64,000 nt of DNA from Nitriliruptorales bacterium. GTDB taxonomy: Bacteria > Actinomycetota > Nitriliruptoria > Nitriliruptorales > JAHWKO01. The stretch is from contig JBHELG010000108.1 of NCBI GenBank assembly GCA_046263195.1, positions 2,293 to 66,292 of the forward strand, given 5' to 3'. The notes beneath the pieces are model-generated. The model was not told where the DNA came from and did no database searches. It worked only from the letters and a program-made list of their open reading frames with translations. How positions within the stretch are numbered: the stretch's first letter is position 1; each line of letters starts with the position of its first letter. The position numbers and the translations under genes are program-made. Shown one piece after another: positions 38,183 to 46,352 of this stretch.

Positions 38183-38254
38183 TCGGGGGTGGTGTAATCG
38201 GTAACACGACGGGTTCTGGCCCCGTTATTGAGGGTTCGAGTCCTTCCCCCCGAG
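38183..38254 (+). tRNA. tRNA-Gln (anticodon CTG)
   Basis: Cloverleaf folded by hand. Acceptor TCGGGGG/CCCCCGA (U1-A72, typical of tRNA-Gln). D-stem GTGT/ACAC. Anticodon stem ACGGG/CCCGT with loop TTCTGGC. T-arm GAGGG-TTCGAGT-CCTTC. No encoded CCA. Confidence 0.85.
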
Positions 38255-38292
38255 CGTGATCGGTCGCGTGGGAGATCATGCGACCGACGAAT

Positions 38293-38365
38293 GGCCCCGT
38301 CGTCTAGCGGCCCAGGACGTCGCCCTCTCAAGGCGGTAACGCCGGTTCAAATCCGGTCGGGGCTA
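38293..38365 (+). tRNA. tRNA-Glu (anticodon CTC)
   Basis: Colinear with E. coli tRNA-Glu. Acceptor GGCCCCG/CGGGGCT. D-arm GTCTAGCGGCCCAGGAC. Anticodon stem TCGCC/GGCGG with loop CTCTCAA. T-arm GCCGG-TTCAAAT-CCGGT. No encoded CCA. Confidence 0.85.
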
Positions 38366-38395
38366 CGTAGGATGACCACCTCTCAGGTGGCCGCA

Positions 38396-39340
38396 TCAGC
38401 GCGTCCCGAAGGCGCTTTTTCGCCGCCGGCGCCTCGCTCGCCCCTTCGGGGAGAGCAGTTCCGGCCGGTAGCGGCGCATGATGGCGAGCGCCCAGTCGAC
38501 CTTGTCCTTCACCCGTTGACCCTTCGGGTGGGAGGTGGACCACAGCTCCAGGTTCTCGAGTCGGTTGTCCGTGCGGATCCCGTTGATGTGATGGACGACC
38601 TCGTCCGGTTCGAGCGGGCGGCCGAGGTGTCTCGCCATCACAAGTCGGTGTTCGAGGATCGGGGTCTCGCCGTTCGTGAGGTGACGTAGCTCCGCCGGTA
38701 CGGGGACCTTCCAGTAGCCGTGGCTGAGGCACCCTTCACCTGTTGCCTCGCGAATCGGAACGTCGGCGAGCACGTCGCCGTGTCGCTTGAGTCGGTCAGC
38801 GTGTGTTCGACACAGGCCGTGCCCCACGGTGTCCCGGGGACAGTCCTGCACGGTGCAGGTCTCCGGTTGGCGACGCCGCTCGAGCGGGACATGCGCCTGC
38901 ACATCCCCCGTGCGGTACCAGCGGAGGTAGTGGCCGTGGCACCAACCCCGCTCCGTCGCTGGGTTGGGACAGTCCTCGATAACACACTCGTCGGGCATCT
39001 CCCGCGGGTCGGCGACTTCGCCGCGCCGGCGCCAACGCTTGTAGTGCTTCTCACACCAGCCGAGGGCGTATGGCGTCGTCGTGCAGTCCTCGGCCCGACA
39101 GATCGGGGACTGCTTTCGCCGCGACAAGGGCTCGTCGGCGCGGACGTCGCCGGTACGGAGCCAGCGGAAGTAGTGCCCACTGCACCACCCGCGCGCAAAG
39201 ACGTCGTTGCCGCAGCAACCCACCTGGCAGGTCTGGATGTCAGCGCCGGCAGGTGACAGCGGACTGCGCTGGCGCCCCCCGCTCCGCTGCCCTGAAGGGC
39301 GGTTCGGCATTGTGCTCCACGTCTCGCTCGACGAAGGCAT
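38396..39340 (-). CDS. HNH endonuclease with four N-terminal Cys-rich repeats
   Basis: In ORF 38396..39508(-). The start is uncertain: ATG 39340, ATG 39310 (the latter 4 nt after GGAG) or 39508. HNH motif VVHHINGIRTDNRLENLELW. Upstream are four repeats of C-x2-(D/C)C-x8-10-G(W/L)C-x2-H-x3-(W/L)-x3-G(D/E)V. Confidence 0.7.
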   Translation of the reverse strand: MPSSSETWSTMPNRPSGQRSGGRQRSPLSPAGADIQTCQVGCCGNDVFARGWCSGHYFRWLRTGDVRADEPLSRRKQSPICRAEDCTTTPYALGWCEKHYKRWRRRGEVADPREMPDECVIEDCPNPATERGWCHGHYLRWYRTGDVQAHVPLERRRQPETCTVQDCPRDTVGHGLCRTHADRLKRHGDVLADVPIREATGEGCLSHGYWKVPVPAELRHLTNGETPILEHRLVMARHLGRPLEPDEVVHHINGIRTDNRLENLELWSTSHPKGQRVKDKVDWALAIMRRYRPELLSPKGRARRRRRKSAFGTR

Positions 39341-39623
39341 GTTCGATATTTGCGGAGGGGTGTGACAGGGACGGACCGACTCGTGCGTCCCTGCCAGTCC
39401 TGAGACTTGAGGGCGGGACGTCGAACCGGGCTTGCCCCCCCTCCTGTCGCGAAGCCATGAACACTCCAGTGTCACTATTGAGGCGAGGCGTATCGCCGTC
39501 GCGGGCACGTGCGGCCCGTAGTCCGAGCGCGCGGAAGAGGTCCCGGAGCGGGACGGAACGACGGATCACGAGTCCAAATCCGGGCCGCCCCGACCTGGCT
39601 GGCGGCGACAGAACCCGGCGGCG

Positions 39624-41015
39624 TCAGGGCTGCATGCGTGCGGCCCCTGCCATGTTTCGGCCTTGCCGCTCGATCGCATCTTCGATACGCACCAGCACGG
39701 ACTTCCAAGACCATTCGGCCACGGCTCTCTCCCGCGCACGGCGCCCAAGCTCTCGTCGCAAAGCGCCGTCCGTGACCAGCCGCATGATCGTGGCGGATAG
39801 GGCCTCTGGGTCACCGGGCGGAACGAGTAGAGCGTCCCTGCCTTCGTTCAGTAGCCGCGCCGGTTCGCCGATGTCCGGTGCGATGACCGGCCGGCCGCAG
39901 GCCATGTACTCGCGCAACTTGAGCGGGGAATAGTGGTAGTGGCGTTCGGCGGCGGTCACGAGCACCGCCACGTCCATGGCGTTGAGGTGGCGTGGCACGT
40001 CGATGTGGGCTACGGCCCCGGTGAACCTGGTGCACGCTGCGATCCCCAGTTCCGACGCGCGCGCTCGAACCCGCGCCAGGTCGTGCCCCGAACCCACCAG
40101 CAGGAGGACGACGTCCACCCGGCCGAGGCGAGCGACGGCCTCGAGGAGAATGTCCAGGTCGTGAAAGCGGTGGAAGCTACCGAGCCATCCGATCACGAAG
40201 GCATCGCTGGAGATACCGAGCTCGCCTCGCGTGTGTTCGCGGCCCCTGTCAGGGACGAACACTTCCGTGTCGACCCCATTGGGGACAACCACGACGCGGT
40301 CGGAGGGCAGGCCCAGGCGACGGACATCTTCCGCGACCTCGTCGCTTACGCACGTCACGACTTCGGCGCGCCGCAGGATCCTTCGCTCGCAGAGGCGCTC
40401 CAGGAGCAGCCCCCATAGCGGGCGCCTGACTCCCCATCTCTCCCCTTCGCGGACCAGAGCCGCGTGGACGGAGACGACGAACGGCGCCCCGGTCCGGCGG
40501 GCTAGACGCTCTCCAGCTACGAACCCGAGTTCGTGACGCTGCCAGATGTAGGGGGGGTTCACGCTCGGAAGAGGTACGGAACCGAGGGATCGGTTGAGGC
40601 GCGCCACCTCCACAAGTCGCAGAGCGTCCTTCAGAGCGGTCTTGAAGACCAGCGGCAGGCGGGCGGCGATGCCTGCCCTGGGCCGGGCTTGCGGGGTACC
40701 TTGGGAGGCGGCCTGGACCTCACGCGGGTTCAGCCACCCGGCTGGGCTCAGTAGCCAGGCATGTCCGTGTCGTTCCCGCGCCGCGAGGGTCAAGCCTGCG
40801 GCGCCGAACAGCCCCGCAACTGGACGGCGGAGCCGCGTCGGGTCGAACGGCACCACGAATACCGGTCCGCTCGCCGCTCTGGCCGCTGACGGGAGACCAC
40901 TCACCCGGTCGGTACGCACACCCTGGTGCTCGGCCGCGCCCGTGCCCCGCTCCCCGTCACACGCCATAGGCTTGCGGACTGCGGCCGCTAGGTGCCCCTC
41001 CTGGGAGACGCCCAC
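39624..41015 (-). CDS. Family 4 (GT-B) glycosyltransferase
   Basis: ORF 39624..41015(-). GTG 41015 lies 2 nt after the methyltransferase stop, behind AGGAAGGGA. Motifs VVVVPNGVDTEVF and SPLKLREYMACGRPVIAPDIG. Confidence 0.75.
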   Translation of the reverse strand: MGVSQEGHLAAAVRKPMACDGERGTGAAEHQGVRTDRVSGLPSAARAASGPVFVVPFDPTRLRRPVAGLFGAAGLTLAARERHGHAWLLSPAGWLNPREVQAASQGTPQARPRAGIAARLPLVFKTALKDALRLVEVARLNRSLGSVPLPSVNPPYIWQRHELGFVAGERLARRTGAPFVVSVHAALVREGERWGVRRPLWGLLLERLCERRILRRAEVVTCVSDEVAEDVRRLGLPSDRVVVVPNGVDTEVFVPDRGREHTRGELGISSDAFVIGWLGSFHRFHDLDILLEAVARLGRVDVVLLLVGSGHDLARVRARASELGIAACTRFTGAVAHIDVPRHLNAMDVAVLVTAAERHYHYSPLKLREYMACGRPVIAPDIGEPARLLNEGRDALLVPPGDPEALSATIMRLVTDGALRRELGRRARERAVAEWSWKSVLVRIEDAIERQGRNMAGAARMQP

Positions 41016-41017
41016 GC

Positions 41018-41740
41018 TTAGGGTCCCTTCCTGTTCGGCTCAGCAGCCGGTGTTGAGCCGCCCGGCAGACGCTGCTCAGCCCGTGGTTGCGCTATCGCGA
41101 ACGACTTCTCCCCGTCAGGGTGAATCTCCACTTTCCAGCCCTGTTCTCGCAATCTTCGGATGATTGCTGCCTCACCATCCCGATGGGCGTCGTCCAGCAG
41201 GACCGTCGCGGTGGTCACCCGCTCGCCGAGGACCTCCCAGAGCCCCCACCTCCCTCCGACGATGCCGCCAGGCGGGCCGTCACAGATCACGAGATCAAAC
41301 TGATCCGGCAACGCGGGCGGGACCGCGTACCACTCGATGTCCCCGTACCGCACCAGTGGCACGTTGAGGACTGCAGGCCCCATCGCCCTGAAGAACTCCG
41401 ACCTGTGCCGGATGGCGTCCGCCCAGTCAGCTTCGTGCTCCAGGCTCCACACCGGCGCTGTGACGCCAGGAGTCAGGGCCAAAGCCAGCGTGGTAAGGCC
41501 TGATCCACACTCCAGGATCGGCCCGGGGGAGGCGGCCACGTACTCGAGCGCCATCAGCAGGTATCGGTCTCCTGCCCTGAAGCTCGCATTCCCCCAGCCG
41601 ATGGCCAGCCGCTGGACGGCTACCGGCGAGGGCCCTTGCCGGCGCAACTCGTGAGCACCGAGACGAAAGAGAGCTGAACGCCGAGCGGACGCGAGCGGGC
41701 GACGCACACGTGCGGGCACATAGTCTCGGATCCTGGTCAC
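41018..41740 (-). CDS. Class I SAM-dependent methyltransferase
   Basis: ORF 41018..41740(-). SAM motif I ILECGSGLTTLALAL; post-I acidic WSLEHE; FDLVICDGPPG. Confidence 0.65.
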   Translation of the reverse strand: MTRIRDYVPARVRRPLASARRSALFRLGAHELRRQGPSPVAVQRLAIGWGNASFRAGDRYLLMALEYVAASPGPILECGSGLTTLALALTPGVTAPVWSLEHEADWADAIRHRSEFFRAMGPAVLNVPLVRYGDIEWYAVPPALPDQFDLVICDGPPGGIVGGRWGLWEVLGERVTTATVLLDDAHRDGEAAIIRRLREQGWKVEIHPDGEKSFAIAQPRAEQRLPGGSTPAAEPNRKGP

Positions 41741-41980
41741 GCCTCAGAAAATCTCCATGGAGGGGGAACCACTGTCCTTACCGTCTGCTGACCGGTTCCC
41801 GGACATTGACTCGATGACTGTACGGCCGCAGGTCTGTCCTCCCAGCCTGGCAGGGGAGTGGTTGACGGGAGGATCGGTGACAGTGGAGAGTACGCGACGT
41901 CCACGAGGATGTGTGGCGGCTCCGGACGGCACGACGAACACGCCGGGACCGATACTCCCTTGCCCGCTGAGGCGGACATC

Positions 41981-42889
41981 TCACGCACGGGCCCAGACCT
42001 CCTCCGCCCAGTTCCACGGCGTCGGGCCGCCCAGGGACCGGACGACCCCGAGCTCCGGCGCGAGCTCCCGTCGCAGTCGGCTGATCGTCTTCTCGTCAAT
42101 AGCCCAGAGCGCCGGGTCGAAATCTGACATGCGTCGCTGGGTCCAGCGACGTGCCCGGTCTTTGACCTCCGCCGACAGGAGCCGAGTCAGCGCCCGGTAC
42201 CAAGACGTGCGCTGCAGCCGCGCGATCGGAGGCAGCGTGGCGCTGGCGTCGAGCGTCGTATTGGCCGTCCAGTCGAAGTCGTGGGGAGCACGTTCGGGGT
42301 CTGCACCGATGTGTGCCACGGCTTGGCGCACGGTTTCGCTGCGTCGATCCCTCAGGTGCTCGGAGTAGCGCACGAGCAGCTGCGAGCTGTCGAAGTAGTC
42401 CAGGTAGCGTTCGAGCTGAGACCCATAGCGGCTCGGCGCGAGGTAACTGTCGTCCTCTTTGATCACCCGCATCAAAGGGCGCGTCTCGCGTCCACGAAGG
42501 AGCTGATGCCGATACTGAGAGACGACTCGCTCGATCGGGTCTCGGAGCAGATAGATGAGCCTGGCGTCGGGGATCGTCGCATGGATGAGAGAAGGTGCCC
42601 TTGTGAAGATGGGGTACTTGGTGTAGCTGGTTGACGCCTCGCCCAGGAGGGCACCCTTCGGGAGCCTCCCTCAACAGCTGCGCGTACCAGGCGAGGCCCG
42701 GTCCCAATTGCCCTCCGCCACGAAGAACTCGGGCTCCTTCGGGTTCGTGATGAACACGTCGGGATGGGATGCGAGGTAGGAGGCGAGACTGCTGGTTCCG
42801 GACTTCATCGCCCCGATGATGATGAAGTCCGGGAGTCTCAGAGAATCCTGCCCCAGACCGGTCCGCATCGAAGAAGCTTGCCCTGTCAT
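41981..42889 (-). pseudogene. Sulfotransferase disrupted by two compensating 1-nt indels (premature TGA at 42671-42673)
   Basis: ORFs 42671..42889 (N-terminus, PDFIIIGAMKSGTSSL PAPS loop) and 41981..42475 (C-terminus) share one frame. The conserved GLAWYAQLLREAPEG segment between them lies in a second frame (ORF 42096..42707). Adding one G at run 42697-42699 and removing one G at run 42654-42656 restores a continuous 302-aa sulfotransferase. Confidence 0.65.
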
Positions 42890-43079
42890 CCCTCTACGTC
42901 ACCGCATAGCGGTAGGGCGTGGCGGCAGAGCGGCGCATGCGCTTCCCATCCGGCGTCCCAGAGCCTCTGACGCGGCCAGCAAAACAGTAATCCTGCCCGT
43001 GTTCGAGGTCGAGGGACGTGTGCACCGGCCTTCCGGAGGCGAATCATTTGGAGCCTCATGTGAGGCCCGCGCTCCGAAG

Positions 43080-43760
43080 TCAGTCCGAGCCTGGTTTGAG
43101 CGAGGACCCGTCTTCCGCGTCCGCGTTCGGCGGCTCGCCCCACTCGACATCCATGACACCGGGACCAGGGCCGTCAGGTGGGGACGGAGAGTGCTCGGTC
43201 AGCCACGTTCGGACCGCCGCGGCCACCGCAGCGTTGCCTCCTTTCAGTTCGTGGCCCGCCCCCTCGATCCACACATGCGTGACCGGGCCGGTGATGCCGG
43301 CTGAGGCGTCTTCGAGCTCGCGAGGGCTGGCGAAAGGGTCCTTGGTACCCGATATGAACAGGCAGGGTGTTGCGAGGTTGGCAAAGTGCTCCGTTCGAAC
43401 CTGCTGCGGGCGCCCCGGAGGGTGGAGCGGATACGCGATGAGCACGAGTCCGCAGGCCCGGAGACCCTGGGCCACAGCCATCGAGCACATCCGCCCACCC
43501 ATGGAACGGCCTCCGAGGACAACCTGATCGGGCGGTACCCCGGCCCGGGCGGCCAGGGCGCCGGCTTCCTCGATCACGCACGCCACCATTCGGGACGTCG
43601 CGTCTGGTCGTTTGCGGCCGGCCCGCCGATAAGGGAAGTCGACCCGTGCGACCGCCAACGGCGCTACGGCCGCCTCGATGGCCAGCAAGGAAGGATGGTT
43701 GCGGTCGCTGCCCGCGCCCGGCGTGAGCAGCAGAGCCCTCGGCCACGCCGCGAACCTCAC
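43080..43760 (-). CDS. Alpha/beta-fold hydrolase (dienelactone-hydrolase-like)
   Basis: ORF 43080..43760(-). Nucleophile elbow GGRSMGG; LLTPGAGSDRNHP; LFISGTKDPF. Confidence 0.7.
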   Translation of the reverse strand: MRFAAWPRALLLTPGAGSDRNHPSLLAIEAAVAPLAVARVDFPYRRAGRKRPDATSRMVACVIEEAGALAARAGVPPDQVVLGGRSMGGRMCSMAVAQGLRACGLVLIAYPLHPPGRPQQVRTEHFANLATPCLFISGTKDPFASPRELEDASAGITGPVTHVWIEGAGHELKGGNAAVAAAVRTWLTEHSPSPPDGPGPGVMDVEWGEPPNADAEDGSSLKPGSD

Positions 43761-43928
43761 GGGCCAAAACCACGCATCCCCGGACGGTACCAGCGAGGGG
43801 CGGGAACCATGCGGGGAGCAGCGCTGGAGACTGAACCACGCCTTCCGGTCACGGCGGGGAGTCGGAGATTGTCACCGTCTTTGAACCCAGGTGTCATCGG
43901 GCTGCAACATCGGGTCTCTACCCTGCCC

Positions 43929-43970
43929 CTCGTGTACGAGAAGAGGCATCTCGTGTACGAGAAGAGGCAT
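43929..43970. repeat. Perfect 2 x 21-bp tandem direct repeat (CTCGTGTACGAGAAGAGGCAT), each unit carrying the inverted repeat CTCGT-GT-ACGAG
   Basis: Read directly: 43929-43949 equals 43950-43970. Located in the 242-bp gap between the hydrolase start (43760, minus strand) and the small plus-strand ORF at 44003. Confidence 0.9.
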
Positions 43971-44002
43971 GCGGAAGTGGCGGGGACGGGATCGGAGCAG
44001 AA

Positions 44003-44197
44003 GTGGAGAACTGCGAGCCGAAGCTATCCGAGTTGCTGAGCCGGATCGGTCCGATGGCCTGGACGCCGGGATGGCTGGGGGTGCTCAACCCGACAGCCCC
44101 CTTCCGGGGCCGCGAAGCAGGGCCCGTGGACGTCATCAGCCCGCTGGTCACCGAGTTGATCGCCTACGAGGTCGTCTCCCAACCCGACGCCGCTTGA
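44003..44197 (+). CDS. Small hypothetical ORF (64 aa)
   Basis: ORF 44003..44197(+). GTG lies 5 nt after GGAG. Very strong G/C third-position bias. It is the only plus-strand ORF inside a minus-strand glycan locus. No family recognised; it may not be expressed. Confidence 0.3.
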   Translation: MENCEPKLSELLSRIGPMAWTPGWLGVLNPTAPFRGREAGPVDVISPLVTELIAYEVVSQPDAA

Positions 44198-44343
44198 AGT
44201 TCGTTCTGTCGCGCACATGGAGGGCCTGGACACCGAACGCGGCCGGAACCGTCGCGGCAAGTTTAGGCAGAAGGGGTTCCCAAGCCGAAAGCGCGACCTG
44301 CGCCCCGTCGCGGATCACATTCTCGAGCGCCCCTTCATGCCAT

Positions 44344-45222
44344 TCATCGCAGCTCGAGTTCGGGCGGTAGGGGCTGCTCGTAACCGTGTAGGAAGGAAAA
44401 CCGTGCCGTGAGGTCTTGCACGTCCTCGCGGACGTGGTTGGGCCAGGCGACCTCCTGACTCGTGCGATGCGGCGACTCCAACACGACGCCGGCGCAGGCC
44501 TCGAGGTAGTCGGGGTAGGGGGCGAGCCCGAATAGGTCACACAGCCGCGACAGCTCGCGTCGTGGGTCGGCGACGAGGTCCTCGTGGCGCAGGTGCAGAA
44601 GATCCTCCCCCACGTCGGCCCTCAACCGTTCGACCACCTTGTAGCGCAACGTGTAGTACTCGAGCGCTTGCTCGAAATCTCCGCCGTTTCTGCGCGCCAA
44701 CGTCGCGATGTTGTCGAAAGGGTTGCGAGTCACGAGAACGATCTTGACGGGAACTCCGACGCGTGCCCTCAGTCGACGCAGTAGATCGGGATCCTCGCCG
44801 AGGCGCCCGGTGGTTTTTCCGCCCTTCTTGTCGCCGATGACCCTGATGGTGTTGTACCGACCCTGCCATTGACCGGATATCCGGTAGGAGTAGCCGGTCC
44901 AGCCGGACCCGGTTGTGGCGAAGTCTCTGGCCCGGCGGATCAACATCCCGTACAAGACCGGCCGCGGATAGCGCAGGAAAGCGAGCGCGTCGAGTTCGTG
45001 CGCCACCACGGCCTCGGGGTGGGCATCGAGCATCTGGCCCACGAGCGAGTGCCCGCTGCGTGCGTAGCCGACGAACAGGCAGAACGTCTCCACGTCCTCG
45101 AGAGCACGCAGGTGGGGAAGGACGGCGAGGCTGCCGCGTGCGGCCATGGAGGCCCTTCTGGCCATGCTGCGGATCTGCATGCTGCGACCTCCGCTGCCGC
45201 TGAGAAAGAAACCCGGGGTCAT
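44344..45222 (-). CDS. Sulfotransferase family protein
   Basis: In ORF 44344..45495(-). ATG 45222 overlaps the upstream TGA (ATGA). PAPS loop FVGYARSGHSLVG; VLVTRNPFDNIAT. Confidence 0.7.
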   Translation of the reverse strand: MTPGFFLSGSGGRSMQIRSMARRASMAARGSLAVLPHLRALEDVETFCLFVGYARSGHSLVGQMLDAHPEAVVAHELDALAFLRYPRPVLYGMLIRRARDFATTGSGWTGYSYRISGQWQGRYNTIRVIGDKKGGKTTGRLGEDPDLLRRLRARVGVPVKIVLVTRNPFDNIATLARRNGGDFEQALEYYTLRYKVVERLRADVGEDLLHLRHEDLVADPRRELSRLCDLFGLAPYPDYLEACAGVVLESPHRTSQEVAWPNHVREDVQDLTARFSFLHGYEQPLPPELELR

Positions 45223-46352
45223 CCCCGCGGCGCCCGGAAGAGCCCGTCGATCCATTCGAGTTGGCGCCGTCGGCTCCGCCGCAACCGGTAGCGTCGCCCT
45301 TGCCCGCTCGGTCCGAGACGGGCCAAACGGAGGACGGTCGCAATTGGTCCGGGAACGGATTCGCTGTAGCCGAAAGCCTGCATCTCGCGCCGGCAGATGG
45401 CAGCGATCGCAGTGGCCTGGCGTGGGCTTAGCTGGTTGCGCCAGGCCTCGACGCGCTCGGTTGTCACCTGTCCTTGGGTGCCTTGCTTCCACCACTCCCA
45501 GGACTGGACGAAGCTTGATGACGCCCTCAAGGTGGCAGTCCCCTCGGGGCGCTCGCCATGCCGGCTCATCAGTAAGCCCTTCAGGGCTTCACGGGCCGAG
45601 TCGGGGGCCGCGACGACGTCCTCGTACCGCAGCACGAGGCAGCGATCGTGGCCTAGTTCGGTGCGGGCCTGTCGAATCAGGCGCTGGTCCTGACGCCACA
45701 TCTCAGCCAAAGTGACGTGATGCTTCATCCCCCACGGCATCGCAAGATTCGACGCGATGACAGCGCGAGGGTCTCGCACGACGGCGACGACTTTCAGATC
45801 GGGATGAGCCTCGGTCAGTGGCCGCCACCAGCGAAGGTGAGTCGGGGTCTTTTCACCATAGATCTCCCCCTCACCGGCAAGGTGACGGACGAGGGCCCCG
45901 AAGAGATCGACGAGCGAGTCGCACCGCCCGCCCAACGTGTCGAGGACCACGTCGACATCGAGGTCCAGCTCCCTTGAGGTCTCCAGTGCACCGTAACGTC
46001 GCAGTTCCTCGCGCAGCGCCACCCGTCCGAGCGGCAAGCGCCGACGACGGACCAACTCCGGGACAAAGAGGCTGAAGAAGTGGGTTTCTGGTGGCATGAC
46101 AACGCCTGGTAGTTCGCAGGCGAGTCGCTGCACGAGCGTCGTGCCCGAGCGGGGGGTCCCCACGATGACGAAATGGGGAGCCGGCTGTGAAGGGGAAGGT
46201 TCCGATCCAACCGTGCGCCCGCTCGCTCTGCGTGTCAGGCCGTCCCGCCTGTGCTCTCGAAGTCCACCCGTCGCCCGCCGATACGCCGGGGCGCCCGGAG
46301 ACTCGCCTGTCGAGCTGCCGAAAGACTGTGCCACGGGGTCAGCCAACTCCAT
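45219..46352 (-). CDS. Sulfotransferase family protein
   Basis: ORF 45219..46352(-). PAPS loop FVIVGTPRSGTTLVQRL; 3'-PB VAVVRDPRAVIAS. The start overlaps the upstream GT gene by 14 nt. Confidence 0.75.
   Translation of the reverse strand: MELADPVAQSFGSSTGESPGAPAYRRATGGLREHRRDGLTRRASGRTVGSEPSPSQPAPHFVIVGTPRSGTTLVQRLACELPGVVMPPETHFFSLFVPELVRRRRLPLGRVALREELRRYGALETSRELDLDVDVVLDTLGGRCDSLVDLFGALVRHLAGEGEIYGEKTPTHLRWWRPLTEAHPDLKVVAVVRDPRAVIASNLAMPWGMKHHVTLAEMWRQDQRLIRQARTELGHDRCLVLRYEDVVAAPDSAREALKGLLMSRHGERPEGTATLRASSSFVQSWEWWKQGTQGQVTTERVEAWRNQLSPRQATAIAAICRREMQAFGYSESVPGPIATVLRLARLGPSGQGRRYRLRRSRRRQLEWIDGLFRAPRG

Noticed and set aside
42671-42673. TGA inside the sulfotransferase as a selenocysteine codon, considered because a Sec-decoding trait is implied by selD
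   Set aside because: The conserved sequence around it (GLAWYAQLLREAPEG) lies in a different frame, so the stop results from two indels and is not a recoded codon.
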